A model generated the notes under the pieces. The model had not been told where the DNA came from. It ran no database searches and saw only the letters and a program-made list of their open reading frames with translations. Positions 49,380 to 63,297 of a stretch of DNA of 64,000 bases are shown here, one piece after another. The first letter of the stretch is position 1, and each line of letters opens with the position of its first letter. The stretch is from Eledone cirrhosa (lineage: Eukaryota). The position numbers and the translations under genes are program-made. The stretch is from the NCBI GenBank assembly GCA_964016885.1, contig OZ024740.1, positions 411,618,001-411,682,000 on the forward strand. Direction: 5' to 3'.

Positions 49380-49920
49380 AACGAGTAGGACCCCGACGGC
49401 TGAGCTCAAACCGTTTCGACGGCTAATTCTGGACTAAATGAACATTTTTATCCTGGTATATGAATAGCCGAGCTTCTCAGGGGGTAATTCCATATATGGT
49501 AAAAGTGATTGTCACAAGGATTGGTCAAAAGTTTGTTGTTGAGACACATAATTCTATCATGGCAATTTGTGGAAGGAAGGGGTAGCTGAACTTGCCAGTA
49601 GAAGAAAGAGGGAGAAGGAGTGGAGGAAACCTCCCCTTCCTTCCACAAATTGCCATGATAGAATTATGTGTCTCAACAACAAACTTTTGACCAATCCTTG
49701 TGACAATCACTTTTACCATATATGGAAATTCCCCCTGAGAAGCTCGGCCATTCATATACCAGGTTAAACATTTTCATTTAGTCCAGAATCAGCCGTCGAA
49801 ACGGCTTGAGCTCAGCCGTCGGGGTCCTACTCGTTCCTATTACCCACTCTACTACCCTAAGTATTGAGTACTTTGGTGCGTTATCGTCCACCTGGTTCCT
49901 TACCACATATCTTTCGTTAC
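49378..49920 (+). mobile_element. Family A fold-back with an HHR-like motif in both arms
   Basis: Arms about 49380-49582 and 49632-49835, tail to 49920. cccc-CTGAGAA-gctcggc...gccgtc-GAA-ACGGCT..AGCCGT-C-gggg. Confidence 0.88.
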
Positions 49921-49925
49921 ACACA

Positions 49926-49986
<61 letters not shown>

Positions 49987-50179
49987 ATATTAGAAATAAA
50001 CGAAGGATATATACTTCATATAATCTCTATTTATTTCATCATATGTATTTCGAATATGCAAAGTTTTATGTATAACATAAAGCAAAGCATGTTCTCCTCA
50101 GACAAAATATATAGATAATGTATAATTTTTTCCTGATATGCTGGTAGACCAAACGAACTGGACAGGTCAATGACTTTCA

Positions 50180-50237
<58 letters not shown>

Positions 50238-50241
<4 letters not shown>

Positions 50242-50684
50242 GAGGTTATATTTAATTTGTTGGAATTCAACATTTTTATAACTGATATAAAGCACTCAAC
50301 ACGTTAGTGGAGTAAATATACAATATATTAATAAATGGACACAATATTTATAATACCATAATTATTTTATCATATATATTTCAAGTGTGACCAAGATAAA
50401 TTATGGTGCGCTTACATCAGATAAAATACAAGTTTGTTTTATAAATAAATATTGACATACCCGGAAAAAAGACAACCTTAACGGAAAAAAGACAACCTCA
50501 CTATCCATCGAATTTCAACCGTTGAGGTTGTCTTTTTCCAGGTATGTCAATATTTATTTATAAATCAAATCTTTATTTTATCTTATGAAAGCGCACCATA
50601 ATTTACCTTGGTTGCCCTTGAAATATATATAATAAAATAATTATGGCTTTATAAATATAGTTCCCATTTATTAATATATTGTAT
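50238..50684 (-). mobile_element. (TA)n-flanked diverged fold-back with decayed hammerhead
   Basis: Arms about 50320-50483 and 50519-50683. The arm cores CTGATGT and CTTATGA give consensus CTGATGA-aag...ctt-GAAATATATA. Confidence 0.75.
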
Positions 50685-50687
50685 ATA

Positions 50688-51587
50688 TATAAGGAAAAAA
50701 GATGAAATCGAAAATGCAAGTGGAGTCCTTTTTTTTAAAATATATATATTTATTTGGTTCCTTTACCGGTTTCGCAGTTCTTCTGCTTTTCAAAAATAGA
50801 GTTGAGATGGAGGGTCTGTGGTTTTTCTCACATCTGGTTGGTGTTTGATTGTTACTTCTGTTTTATATGGAAAAAAGTGGCCAGGTTTTTAGAGAAGTAA
50901 TTTGATTGGTTGGTGAATAAGTATGATAAATTTCGCCCCAGTTCGCGTTACAAGGTTCTTCAAACAAAGGGGGGGGGGTTTCATATATGAGGGAAGTTTG
51001 GTTGGTTGATGCAGTCCAGTGAATAGGCACATCAGCTTTCGCGCCAGTTTATGTTTGAATTTCTTTTTACTTAAAAAAAAAGTGGCTCACGAAGGCTTTT
51101 TTTTTTATAAATGTAAATTGATTGGTTATAAATGAAATTATGACTGCCATGTGAACAAGTAAATTAAATTTCTCGCTCGTATTTTGGAATTTTTTTATAG
51201 CCATTTAGAGAATTTTGTGCCAAACAAAAGATAATGGTCAAGAAAAAGGGATGGAGAGAGTTGTTCTGTGTATGACTGTTGTGCAGAAATGTAATTTGAT
51301 TGGTTATAAATGAAATTATAACTGTCACGTGAAAAGGTTCATTAAATTTCGAGCCCGTAATTGTGAATTTATTTTGTAGCCCGTTAGAGAATTTTGTGGC
51401 AAACAAAAGATAATGGTCAAGAGAAATAGAATGGGGAGAATTGTTCTGGTTCAGTGAATATGGCTGGTTCGCTGGGGTGTCAGAATTCAGACTTTCTATT
51501 GAAATAAAGTAAATAGATATATATATGTTTATTTGTGTGTGTGTGTGTGTAGGAAGATGATTCTATTAGTAGATATGGGGGAGGGAG

Positions 51588-51630
<43 letters not shown>

Positions 51631-52622
51631 TGTGTGTGTGTATGCGCGTGTGGGAGTATGGTTTGCATGTTAAGATGGAGAGAATATATATATTTTGTGT
51701 GTGTGTGTGTAGGAAAATGATTCTATTAGTAGAAATGAGGGAGGGAGTTGTGTGTGTCTATGGGTGTTATGTGTGTGTGTATGGGTATTATGTGTAGATG
51801 TGTATGTGTGTGTGGGAGTATGGTTAGCATGTTAAGATGGAGAGAATATATATATTGTTTGTGTGTGTGTGTAGGAAAATGATTCCGTTAGTAGAAATGA
51901 GGGAGGGAGTTATGTGTGCGTGTGTGTGTGTGGGGGGGGGTAGCATGTTAAGGTGTTATAGTATTAACGTATGTTAATGTTTATTTAGTTCTGGTTTTTA
52001 TTTTCTAAACTCTCTCCATCCCTTTTTCTTGACCATTATATTTTGTTTGGCACACAATTCACTAAATGGCTATAAAAAAATTCAAAAATACGGGCGCGAA
52101 ATTTAATGTACTTGTTCACGTGACCGTCATAATTTCATTTATAAAAAAAAAGCCTTCGTGAGCCACTTTTTATTAAGTAAAAAGAAATTCAAACACAAAC
52201 TGGCGCGAAAGCTGATGTGCTTATTCACGTGACTACATCAATCAACCAAACTTTACTCATATAAGAAAAAAACAAACTGCCCCCCCCCCCCCTTTGTTTG
52301 AAGAACTTTGTAACGCGAACTGGCGCGAAATTTATTATACTTATTCACCAACCAAATCAAATTACTTCTCTAAAAACCTGGCATTTCGAGCCACTTTTAT
52401 CCATATAAAACAGAAGTAACATTCAAAGACCAACCAGATGGGAGAAAAACCACAGACCCTACATCTCAACTCTACTTTTGAAAAGCAGAAGAACTGCGAA
52501 ACTGGTAAAGGAACCAAATAAATATATATAAAACTCCAGTTGCATTTTACATTTCATCTGTTTTTCCTTGGTGTAGGACACCTCGGTTATTTTTCATTTT
52601 GTAAAAAAAACCTCACTTTCTA
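50688..52622 (+). mobile_element. Long family B insert with ~560-bp inverted arms and U3-A8 hammerheads
   Basis: Arms about 50690-51270 and 52010-52570. HHR motifs at about 50760-50797 (-) and 52475-52511 (+). Tail 52570-52622 matches the reverse complement of 34348-34400. Confidence 0.88.
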
Positions 52623-52659
52623 ATATATATATATAATATATATATATATATATAATTAT

Positions 52660-52985
52660 TATTATATTACATTAAAAGTAAAGGATGTCATGAATGATAG
52701 AAAATCAAACATATGTCTTGTCTCTAAAAACAGTTCAAGATAGAATTCAGAGTCTAAAATCAAGCCTTAATCATTGCAAGAGAGTTAATGAAATATATTC
52801 ATACACACTCAAGCGTGCACTAAGATATATCAAAGCTTCCAAACTAGAGAGAATCTGCAATAAAAGTAAGATTACATAATTCATTGAGTATCTTATTAAA
52901 ATTAATAAAAAAAATAAAACAAAATACCTGATAATAATCAATATAGTGCACGCTTGAGTGTGTATGAATAGATTTCATTAACTTT

Positions 52986-52988
<3 letters not shown>
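52660..52988. repeat. (TA)n-flanked insert with ~40-bp inverted arms
   Basis: 52782-52821 pairs with 52944-52983; extension to the left; no HHR core recognised. Confidence 0.7.
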
Positions 52989-53079
<91 letters not shown>

Positions 53080-53869
53080 ATTATATATATTTGTTGTTGA
53101 TATTGATGCAGAACAGTACGCAAGTTTGGATATTTTATGCTTGTGCATATTTATTTATTTATTATCCTATTACAGTTTTGAAGATGCATCTATATTCCCA
53201 GGTTTTCACTGTTTTTTCTGTTAGCTATTATGATATACATTGATATACTATTATACATGACGATATTCCTGGCCTCTCTTATATCCGTAACCATTTTTAT
53301 TGTGCTATGTTATTTCTATATGGGTTATTATTTTGGTAGGTTATTCCTCTAATACTGTAGTTTTTATTAATCATTCGTGTTAACATTCTAGTATGTAAAT
53401 TCTCTAGTCTGTTAATGTTCTAATATTGGAATGTGTTGTTGCTGTAGTATACATTACTAGGGTCTGTTATTTTAATACTGTGTTATGTTTTATTGCTGCG
53501 ATTTCGGATAAAACTAGCGGTCAATCGTGGCTGTAGTTATTACTGAAGACTGCCCTACATTTTTTTTTACGATGAATAGATGAAAAAATATTGGTAATTT
53601 TAGTTAACTGTTAATGGTCATATCTTTTTTGTGCTTGGCACTCGACCAATTCCTTTATTAATAAAAACATTTCTTTTTTCATCACGCGCAGATCTAATTT
53701 GAACTTCTTGATAATGTGAGTGTGATAGTATGTGTTCGTAGATGGTTTTGTGTTATTTGTAAAATCAAGTGTCTTTATCATCGGAAACCTTCGATCTTGG
53801 GTTAAATCCTTGGCTATTTTTATTTGTAAGAAAAGTAAGAAAAAAAGTAAGAACAGATTATCTACTTAC

Positions 53870-54012
53870 AACATCGATAATTTGAGCTAATGCCACACCA
53901 AACGTGACATTTATTGCTTCTGATGAGTTGAAAGATGGTCGAACCCTTTTATCGTAGTTCTTTAGAAGTCTGTTAACCAAAGAAAGTTCCACATCATCAG
54001 CGGACGAAGAAG
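53870..54012 (-). CDS. Nicotinic acetylcholine receptor subunit, 143-bp exon (exon 2 equivalent)
   Basis: Polypyrimidine tract and ttgcag acceptor, gtaagt donor. Encodes SSSADDVELSLVNRLLKNYDKRVRPSFNSSEAINVTFGVALAQIIDV, ending at the conserved nAChR DV|DE exon boundary. Confidence 0.93.
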
Positions 54013-55332
54013 CTGCAAGAACAAAAAAAGAAAAAGAAAAAAAAGATAAATACATAACATCTATTGCTTTGATAACCATAATTATAAATACATCATACGT
54101 TTTCATTAAAAAATATCACGCACTCTTTTCATCTCTCATAGTTCCTAACAACATCATGGTTTCAATGATCTGTACATTTACTTCAGTACATTTTAATACA
54201 CCTTTTCCTCATCAGACCTTGCATGTAACAAAATCCGTAAACGACGCAAGGTTTACGTTTCTGCGTGACGTGAACCAAACCACAGACAACAGAAAATCAC
54301 ATTCAACATAGATACGAACATAGATACAAATAACAGAAAGCTTACGACAGTTGTCAGTCAAATATATAATTAATATTTTCTCTTAACCACCACTTTAGAC
54401 TGAGGATCCTTCTCGTGTGAGGATAATATCCACAATTTTAAAATCAACTTTTTGCGATTTTGCTTACATTTGTCCCGTTAATAAATTTCTGAAAAGCATA
54501 AAATGGAACATCTATACTTACCCATCATTCGGCATGAACAGACTCAAGTATAAACATTCACGAAATGATACCTTGAAATGTTTATCTCATGAAGCGTTAT
54601 AGTCGACGTACCTTGAATCGTCGCAATACAATGTATTTAAAGCTATTAACTCGGTCAATGACTATTTTTGTCTAATACACAAAACTCAAAACTTCATAAC
54701 CGATAACGAATGAAGCTCACTTCACGTCTATCATGATCCAGATGAGTTAAATATCGATCTTTATAACACATAGTATATAGTAACCAAATACAAAATGCGT
54801 ACACTTCATTATACCGAAAATTATGAAAAATATTATTTGATAAAGTTCATATAAATTACTGGGAATTGTTGACTGTGTCCAGCAGCACGTAATGAATGAT
54901 TTTTAAAATATTTACGAGGCAACAATTCAAATCACTTAATTTAACTTTACATATTAAAACAGAAAAGGAAGGGAAAGGCAAGGGCTTTCGGGTCACAGAC
55001 GAATGGGGGGGGGCAGTTGTGATGGACTCTAGGCCTAGGGCGCGGCGGTATTGCCAGTGGCATTCCCGCATACAATTACAAGCGGCACCCGTTGTAACAG
55101 CCGCCTCCCCTTGCAGGGCTCCTTCCTGAGAATGGATATACAGAATATCACATTTTAGCATTTCATCAAAATAACAAATCTACAAATTGAAAATAAAATT
55201 ATTATGCAAGTGACATAATAGAACCGGTATTTGACACTAGTTATTGTTAGGGATCCGGTTACCGTCCATAGTCTACAAATAAAAGATTAGTGAATTAGTT
55301 AAGCGGATCTTGACGTCGGAAATCGTCTACAA

Positions 55333-56363
55333 CAAAGGTTCTCAACGGGGGGCATATGCACCCCTGGGAGGCGTTTCGGAACTCCAGGGGGGCATTTGGG
55401 AGCAAGGTCGCGTTAGGGGGGCTTTTGAAGCTGAGGGAAGGGGGTCGTGGGCGCACTGGAAGGCTTTTCATTTTGGTAAGTTTTATAAGCCATATTTGTA
55501 TGTCTTTGAGACAGCCAGTGTGAATGCATTTGAATGAGTTTGCAGACAAGACAGCATAACTATAGTCTGACCGCAGCTGTGAGCAGGTATGAGACGTTAA
55601 CCGTTAATTGAGATCCTAAAAATGGAAAAACCCACAGTCAATTGAGTCAAAGACACTTTGAGTTCAGCCAGTTAGAATCTTATCTTTCATTCACCGATAA
55701 CAATGTATTTCATGTCTGAAATTATTGACTCAACCGTAACGAGTTAACACTATGTAGATCTATTTTATTCCCTATTGTATAAATAATATTACATAATAAA
55801 TAAAGAAAAGTAAAAAACAGGAGCGGGTAGCACACACATCTAGGACCACATACAACACATAATCAGATAATACACACATCTAGGACCACATACAACACAT
55901 AATCAGATAGTACACACTTCTAGGACCACATACAACACATAATCAGTTAATAACACATCTAGGACCACATACAACACATAATCAGATAATACAGACATCT
56001 AAGACCACATACAACACATAATCAGATAATACACACATCTAGGACCACATACAACACATAATCAGATAATACACACATCTAGGACCACATACAACACATA
56101 ATCAGATAATACACACATCTAGGACCACATACAACACATAATCAGATAATACACACATCTAGGACCACATACAACACATAATCAGATAATACACACATCT
56201 TTGGAATATTGTTAATCAATTTTTTAGTAATCTACTGATATAAAAATCGGTAGTATATTGAAAAATGAAAAACATAGGGTGGCGGGGGGTGGAGGGTGGG
56301 GGGCGGTTCGTGATTTCGAGGGACAAAAGGGGGCGTTTGGTCTAAATGGGTTGAGAACCTGTG
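55333..56363. mobile_element. Non-autonomous hAT (Charlie-like) element
   Basis: TIRs caaaggttctcaac / gttgagaacctgtg; 8-bp TSD gtctacaa at 55325-55332 and 56364-56371. Confidence 0.88.
55832..56200. repeat. 40-bp minisatellite, about 9 copies
   Basis: acacacatctaggaccacatacaacacataatcagataat repeated head to tail without spacers. Confidence 0.95.
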
Positions 56364-56799
56364 GTCTACAACAAATACAGGCGCAGATAGAAAAGGGCGA
56401 TTAGACTAGAATCGATGAGGTTTAGTAACGCTGTAGCAAGCGAAAAACTGTGTAGAGGGAGATTCTTTAAAAGAAGCAAGAAAAGGCAATTAAAAAACGC
56501 ATCGCAATTTATGTGCCTGCAGTGAGGTCAGCCCTGGTTTCTTCAGTATTAAGAACGAAGGCTGCGTTGTCTGATTTAAGATGGGTGGTGCTCTTAGACA
56601 CGAGGGGGTAAACGCCGTTCAATGGGCTGGAGTTACTGTGGCGTGGCGTAAAAAAAATACAATCCCATATTTCACGCAACACGACGGGCGCGTGTGACTG
56701 ATCCCAAGTAGACATGTGCGGCTTTTCAGCAGCACTTCGCTGAAATGTTTGGCAGCAGCAGCGGGTTGGATCACGGAAAGGTATCTAAATCCTACAACC

Positions 56800-57620
56800 A
56801 TTTTCTGCGAAAATTAAGATGGCGGAGTTAGATGTTGCGTCCGCTGAAAGGAACGGTGGGCTGACAATAGAGTGGAGCAGTAAAAATTCTGTAAAACAGA
56901 CAGTAGCAACAAGAACATCAGCAACCAACATTTGGTGTAAATGAAGCGGATGTCCCGGCCCTGCCAATGTTTAACACTTTGAATGCCGCCACTCCCATCA
57001 CAACAACAACGACAACAACAACATAAACGTAAACAGCAATAACAGCGCATTTGCAGTCGCGGCTGCAAAATCAAACCGATTCTTTTAAGTTGATATCTCA
57101 GGCAAGAAAGCACGTTTGGCTTAGTCGTGGAAACTCATTATGTGAGAAAAAAACTTGGGTTAGTTTGACAGTCTCGGCCGAAATAATGGCAGCAACGCAG
57201 AGAAGGACACTGATTTATAGTTGCATTTCAGTACATAAATACAGCGGAATTGGCCCCTTAATCCCAAGACGAGGCAGCAAGATGTTGCATACATAGCAAG
57301 TGCCGGAGAGTTTAGTACTATCTTGGTGCTGTTCAAAACCGAGGTCTTATCCTAAAACAGACCACATTATCATATACACGCCTTGATGGCAGATGAACAA
57401 TAGTGGCTCTCTGGATATATGGTCAAGAAGGATACTGTTGTTACCCTCCTCGACGTAAAAATCGTTAACAGAACACTTGACCTATTTGGATTGAATATTC
57501 TTCTCCATTACTAAACGAACTACTTAAAAACATCCCAGACAATGTTGGCGATGAAAGCGCCTTTTATGTTATCGCTGAATTTTATGTTCGCAAATTAGAT
57601 TCTTGTGGGCTTGTGTCGAG
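56800..57620 (+). mobile_element. Decayed L1/Tx1 ORF1 fragment (family c-like)
   Basis: EKKTWVSLTVSAEIMAATQRRTLIYSCISV resembles EKSWANLTIPDEAIAAMQRRTVYF at about 32970-33050 (-). Confidence 0.65.
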
Positions 57621-58839
57621 TAAAAGCTATTTCATATAGGGTGTACGTCAGATGTGGCTCTAAGCTGGATCGATAATGGCATTTTAACAGCCACCGTCTA
57701 TTAGAAAGAGAGCGCAGCTAATCGTCTTCCTCTGGATGTTGGCTATGAGAAATGTTGTAAGGTTGATACCTTTAAAATGACCAAAGAGGCGGGTATTGTA
57801 TTTCGGACAAGTACTATTTAAGGTGAGAAACTGAAATCTGAGACGGAGGATCTGGCGTCTGGTGTGTAGCATGAAATGAACCGAGATATCTCGTGTTGTG
57901 ATGTTCTGTTTAAGGGACTTTTACTAGTTAAAGTTTTATTACATTTTTATGTTTGTCATTATGTTTTATTTCAAATAGTTTTATTGCTATACAAAATATT
58001 GTCCCCTTGTTGATGTCCCCTTCACTTTCCTGGAAGTATTTCTCTTTCATTCCGTATTATCCCTAACTTATTTAGCACTTGTGACTAATTTAATAATATA
58101 TTTTTATTTTTATATATTAATATATTTATTTGATTATTCATATTATCCAGTGCCCTTATTGTAAATTAAGGAAAGATATTATTATCCTGTTTATTGTTGC
58201 CGTGTAAGTTTGCTAATATTTTAATTATAATTCTCCTCGCTTGCATAATGCGTTATGACCATGATGATGATGATAATGATGATGGATATGATCATCATCT
58301 CCAGGATATTGAATAGTTTTATTCATATTGTATTTACAATGCATTTACAATTGTAACTACAACTACGAGTAGTAGACACATAGAAACTAGAAATGGCATC
58401 GTTTTATTTGAAACGAATGTTAATAGAAGCAATACTAATCAATTGAAAGAATTTACGTTTTCAATAAAGAGCCTATTGTTAGATTAGATGTGCATTGAAT
58501 TCTATGGGTTGCTTCCATATTACTTCCTTTGAATTAATTTTATTTTCCATATGTTCGCATAGCAATTTATACAATATTCTAGATATTCATACAATTTGAA
58601 ATACATCTGTCCATACACCGATTCACATATCTTACAAAATATGTCTTCAAGCCCACCTCCTTATATTGTTTACTTCACCAACACATCAATCGGTACCCGC
58701 CAATCCGTGACATCTGTCACACTATCTAACGCTCATTTCAATCAGCGACTTAACATCGGTGCATCTTCAGGACTACATGATTTAGATATTGTAATCACAC
58801 TCTCATAATATTACAGTTTACTTGCTTGAAAACTGGAAC

Positions 58840-59480
58840 GAACATTTAGATAGTGCATCCCAGATACGCAATGACCATGTCTAGCATACATCACACAGCA
58901 GAGACATCGTTTATCTTCTCAACTGGGTTTGAACTATGGTAAACTATAACAAATAATCCAAGGATATTTGCTGAATTGTTACTATATTATCTGTAGCTCT
59001 ACTGTTTTTTCCATTAAAGCATTTGTAAAAACCAGCAGCTAGCTCATTTTTGTCAGAGATTATCTTGGCAGATACCATTCCATAAGATACCATTCCATTA
59101 AGTATCTGGTATTTTAATGACATATTTTCTCCATCAAACTCCGATTTGTCCCTCTGACCAGCATCGTCCAACTGTCACCGTTGGTATGTAGATAAATCTT
59201 TCTCTGGGATTACAAATCCACCATGTTGATTCCCATGGCTTCTCATGTGACTATGCCGAATGGCTGCTCTGTACTATGCATTGCCGAAGTATACAACGTG
59301 TGTGATTCAGGATCGCATGTTTCCCTGTTCACCGCCGTCTCCCACAAGCAGTTATAATTCCCCCAATATGATATCCGGAGACCCGGTAGGTGTTATTCAG
59401 ACTCCTGTACTTTTGCATAAGTTATGAACAATTTTACAAGAGCTTTCAGGTTTAAGCTTCTGGAAAAGAGCTGCCGTCTT
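58840..59480 (-). mobile_element. Possible decayed RTE-like LINE fragment
   Basis: Weak DSWTM...MEK...W..MVS resemblance to RTE C-terminal motifs. Confidence 0.3.
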
Positions 59481-59880
59481 ATTTAAATGGGGTACTCTAT
59501 TATATTAGTCAATTGTGGTACTAGTAAAATGCAGATGGATTAGGACACGTTTGTGTCGAATTTTGTACGGGTTAGGTCAAATTTACATTATCACTGGCTG
59601 CTAAATAAACCTATAACTTTTCCATTACTTTTCGCTACTTCAAAATAAACGATAAAAGTAACTTTTCTACAAATTAACCTTACACTTACCAAACAAGTGG
59701 CCGTTGATAGCTGTTAAATCTCTCTTATATCACACGCTACCGTCTCATGAATAATGGTCGCATTAGTTCTCGAGTCTTACATAAAGGAAATAAGATTTGA
59801 TCATGCATTTCTATCCCTTTTATATGCCACTTTCTTTGTTCATGGGGCTGAATATGCATGCGTAATGTTATTAATTATTA

Positions 59881-60060
59881 GGTGGATTGGCAGTATCGGT
59901 AGAGGGTCGGACGCCATGCATTGCAGAATAGTTACGGCCCTTTACGGTCTGAGTTCAAATCCCATCGAGGTTAACTTTGCCTTTCATCCTTACGGGCTCG
60001 ATAAAATAAAGTACCAGTAATGTACTGGGTAATTGCTGGCCTTGTGCCAAAAGTAGAATA
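59881..60060 (+). mobile_element. tRNA SINE
   Basis: Matches 47957-48140. Confidence 0.88.
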
Positions 60061-60524
60061 AATTACTAATTAAGTGATAACTTTTCTACTGTTTCTTTCT
60101 CAACGTAAAATGTACGATAGTGAAATTCGAACTAAGCGGAAATCAGAGTAAATAAACTGAGATGGCTTCTTCAGCCAGCCATAGCTACACGAATAATATC
60201 GAAATAAGTGGTAATCATAACAGATTTGAGAAAGAAAAGCTGTTTCTTTCTATTCAGACCCAATTGTTTAATAAATGACAAAACCACTTTGAATCCCACG
60301 TAGCTGAACAAAGACTGATATACATATCCGTTGTAATATCTAAATGAATTATCAGATAATATTTTTGTTTGTTTTAATCTATTGTTTATTGTTCAAGTAA
60401 GGAGTTCGGTAATCACACGCTTGTAAATGTTTAAAGTTGTACTTCTGTATGCTATCAATACTATCTGAGTAATCAAATCATTTTTGTAAATCTTTAAACC
60501 TCTTCATTAATTGGTTAACATACT

Positions 60525-60706
60525 TAGGAGGGCGGTGGATTGGCAGTATCGGTGGAGGGTCGGACGCCATGCTTTCCAGCATAGTTACGTCCCTTTACGA
60601 TCTGAGTTCAAATCCCGCCGAGGTTGACTTTGCCTTACGGGGTCGATAAAATAAAGTACCAGTAATGCACTGGATAATTGCTGGCCTTGTGCCTAAAGTA
60701 GAAACA
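60525..60706 (+). mobile_element. tRNA SINE with 19-bp TSD
   Basis: attaattggttaacatact at 60506-60524 and 60707-60725. Confidence 0.9.
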
Positions 60707-61639
60707 ATTAATTGGTTAACATACTGTGTATACCATTAGATATATATTGTAAAATAATTTACTTAAGTCAAACTGTTTAACCTTTTGGATACAAACCTGC
60801 CGGATCTGGTTCTCTAAAAAAAAAAAAACCAATTAAACAGTTCATATGTAAATTAAACCATCACATAATTTTCTATAAAACCAAGGTTACGCTACTGATA
60901 ATTAGTAATCAAATAATTGATAATCGAGTTTAGCTGATCCTTCCAAATTCCTCATTTATTGACATAGTGAGTATTTCGTTAGATATATTTTCATATGGGG
61001 TAAGGCCTTGACAACTAGAAACGAATTGATAAACGCTGCCAGCATATGGGTTAGATTGCATATATACAACTGCACATAACAAATTGCCACACATTTTTAG
61101 TTCCTAGACCTTTTCTCTGCTTCCTTACCAATCTGCAGGGAATGTACACCGAAACGTATTCAATCAAATATAACTGAACCTATACTAACTTTATTCTTGA
61201 ACTTGTCTCAACTATCAAGAAAAGTGCTTTGTGGTGTGTTTGTGGCGGCCAAATATACCTGAAAATTTCAATCTTCCTACGCGCTTTAATAAACACTCCA
61301 TTTATGCATATATGTATTCGCACATGCATGCGCATATATATATATATATATGTATATGCGTATATATTAATACAGATTAATACCACATATTACTGCCTGA
61401 ATGTGTGAACGTGTGTAAGATTGTTTTTTTGTGTCTCTATACATATTTCTAATAATGAATTATCATTTGAGTGTTGGTGTTTCTAATTATTGAATATACG
61501 CGCCAATAGTTGCGCACATGTGTGGATAGGTGGGTGTGTCCATGATAGTGCGTATATAATACGAAACAAATTGATGGAAATAATACGTCTACGCTTGCAG
61601 TTAATTATAGTAATGATTTTGAGGTTCGATGGATATATA

Positions 61640-61692
<53 letters not shown>

Positions 61693-61698
<6 letters not shown>

Positions 61699-62217
61699 GA
61701 CGTAAAATTATAAAAAATTAACTTACTTACTAAAATTTCACTCGAACTAATTAGTTTCTGAAAGGGAATAAACATGGTTTCCAAATGGAAAGCATAGAAA
61801 AGCCTTTCGTCATCAGGAAGTCTGTTCTCAGCTAAGTTCTCAGGCGATGCGTGGACACAGGAAACTTATACAAAAATAATTCAGTGGATGGAAAATACAA
61901 GCGTGGACTAAATTCCAAGACATTGAAAAAATCTCTGCCTACTACACTTGCTTTTTTCCATCCACTGAATTATTTTTGTATAAGTTCTCTGTGTCCACGT
62001 ATCGCCTGGGAACTTAGCTGAGAACAGACTTCCTGATGACGAAAGGCTTTTACACGCTTCCCATTTGGAAACCATGTTTATTCCCTTTCAGAAACTAATT
62101 AGCTGGAGTGAAATTTTAGTAACTAAGTTAATTTTTATAATTTTCTTATTTTACGTCTTTCATATAATTGTTCTGCATCCCCTTGCATTGAACCACAAAA
62201 TTACTAAGACAAAACCT
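61693..62217 (+). mobile_element. (TA)n-flanked fold-back with hammerhead motif
   Basis: Arms about 61693-61900 and 61946-62164, ~50 bp tail. CTGATGA-cgaaagg...cctttca-GAA-ACTAATTAG(C/T) at 62033-62104. Confidence 0.82.
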
Positions 62218-62274
62218 ATATATTTGCTAGCATAGGTATGTATCTGTATATATATGTTGGTAGATATACTAATT

Positions 62275-62330
<56 letters not shown>

Positions 62331-62376
62331 ATATATATATATAAATGTATGTATTGGTATATATACATATATATAA

Positions 62377-62467
<91 letters not shown>

Positions 62468-62494
62468 TGTGTGTATTTATATATATGTACACCT

Positions 62495-62531
<37 letters not shown>

Positions 62532-62617
62532 TAAGTTTATCCGGGTTGAATCGGAGGTTACCACAGTAAGTATGGTACTCAATACATAGCAGAGTATAAA
62601 AGTTTTAATATAGATAA

Positions 62618-62666
62618 GATCCTACAGGACTAGAACTGTTTCATTCATTAGACATCATCAGCAATC
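62618..62666 (-). ncRNA. Hammerhead-like motif, imperfect stems I and II
   Basis: gattg-CTGATGA-tgtctaatgaat-GAA-ACAG ttctagtc CTGT-A-ggatc, inside TA-flanked insert 62530-63130. Confidence 0.6.
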
Positions 62667-63128
62667 TGGCTGTCCAAAATAAATATTGTGGTATTTATAT
62701 ATTTTCAGGTAGTAGGAGAGGGTGGGGAGTGGTATGGGTGGAGGTCATTGCTTGAAAGAAAAGGAAATTGATTAAAAGCTAATTCTATAAGGCTATCATT
62801 TATATTTAGAGTGACAAAGGCAGAAAGAATTCTATAAGCAAGTTCAGATTGTGGTGCCACTCCTTATTTTAAAGTTTCTCTTAAGCTAACAATGCCTATA
62901 TTTCAGGTGTCTATAAGATGGTTAGGGGTCGGTCATGGTGGATGGATTTAAAGAAAAGGGAAATTCTTTAAAAGCTAATTCTTTAAAGCTCTACTTATAG
63001 TGACAAAGGCCAAGAGAATTCTATAAACCAGTTCAAAATATTGGGTGCCTATCATATCATTATTGTCATGTTTCTCTTAAGCTAAATTCCAGGTGTCAAC
63101 AGACACATTCGCATACACGCCCCCCCCT

Positions 63129-63169
<41 letters not shown>

Positions 63170-63176
63170 TATATAT

Positions 63177-63221
<45 letters not shown>

Positions 63222-63254
63222 CACATACATACATATATATATACACATATACAC

Positions 63255-63297
<43 letters not shown>

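Larger units (their letters stand above)
55250..56790 (+). mobile_element. Old L1/Tx1 ORF2 linker fragment, interrupted by the hAT MITE
   Basis: 55250-55332 and 56364-56790 resemble the reverse complement of about 21780-22310. Confidence 0.7.

Noticed and set aside
53858-54106. 82-aa ORF with apparent signal peptide as a complete protein
   Set aside because: The Phe/Ser-rich part is the intronic polypyrimidine tract; only 53870-54012 is exon.
55832-56200. CRISPR-like regular 40-bp array
   Set aside because: No unique spacers, no cas genes, eukaryotic context; an ordinary minisatellite.
56785-57113. Hydrophobic minus-strand ORFs as the nAChR signal-peptide exon
   Set aside because: They are antisense to a decayed L1 ORF1 fragment, and no suitable phase-1 donor was seen.
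62746-63100. Diverged ~195-bp direct repeat as a second retrozyme tandem
   Set aside because: The repeat units do not include the nearby HHR motif.
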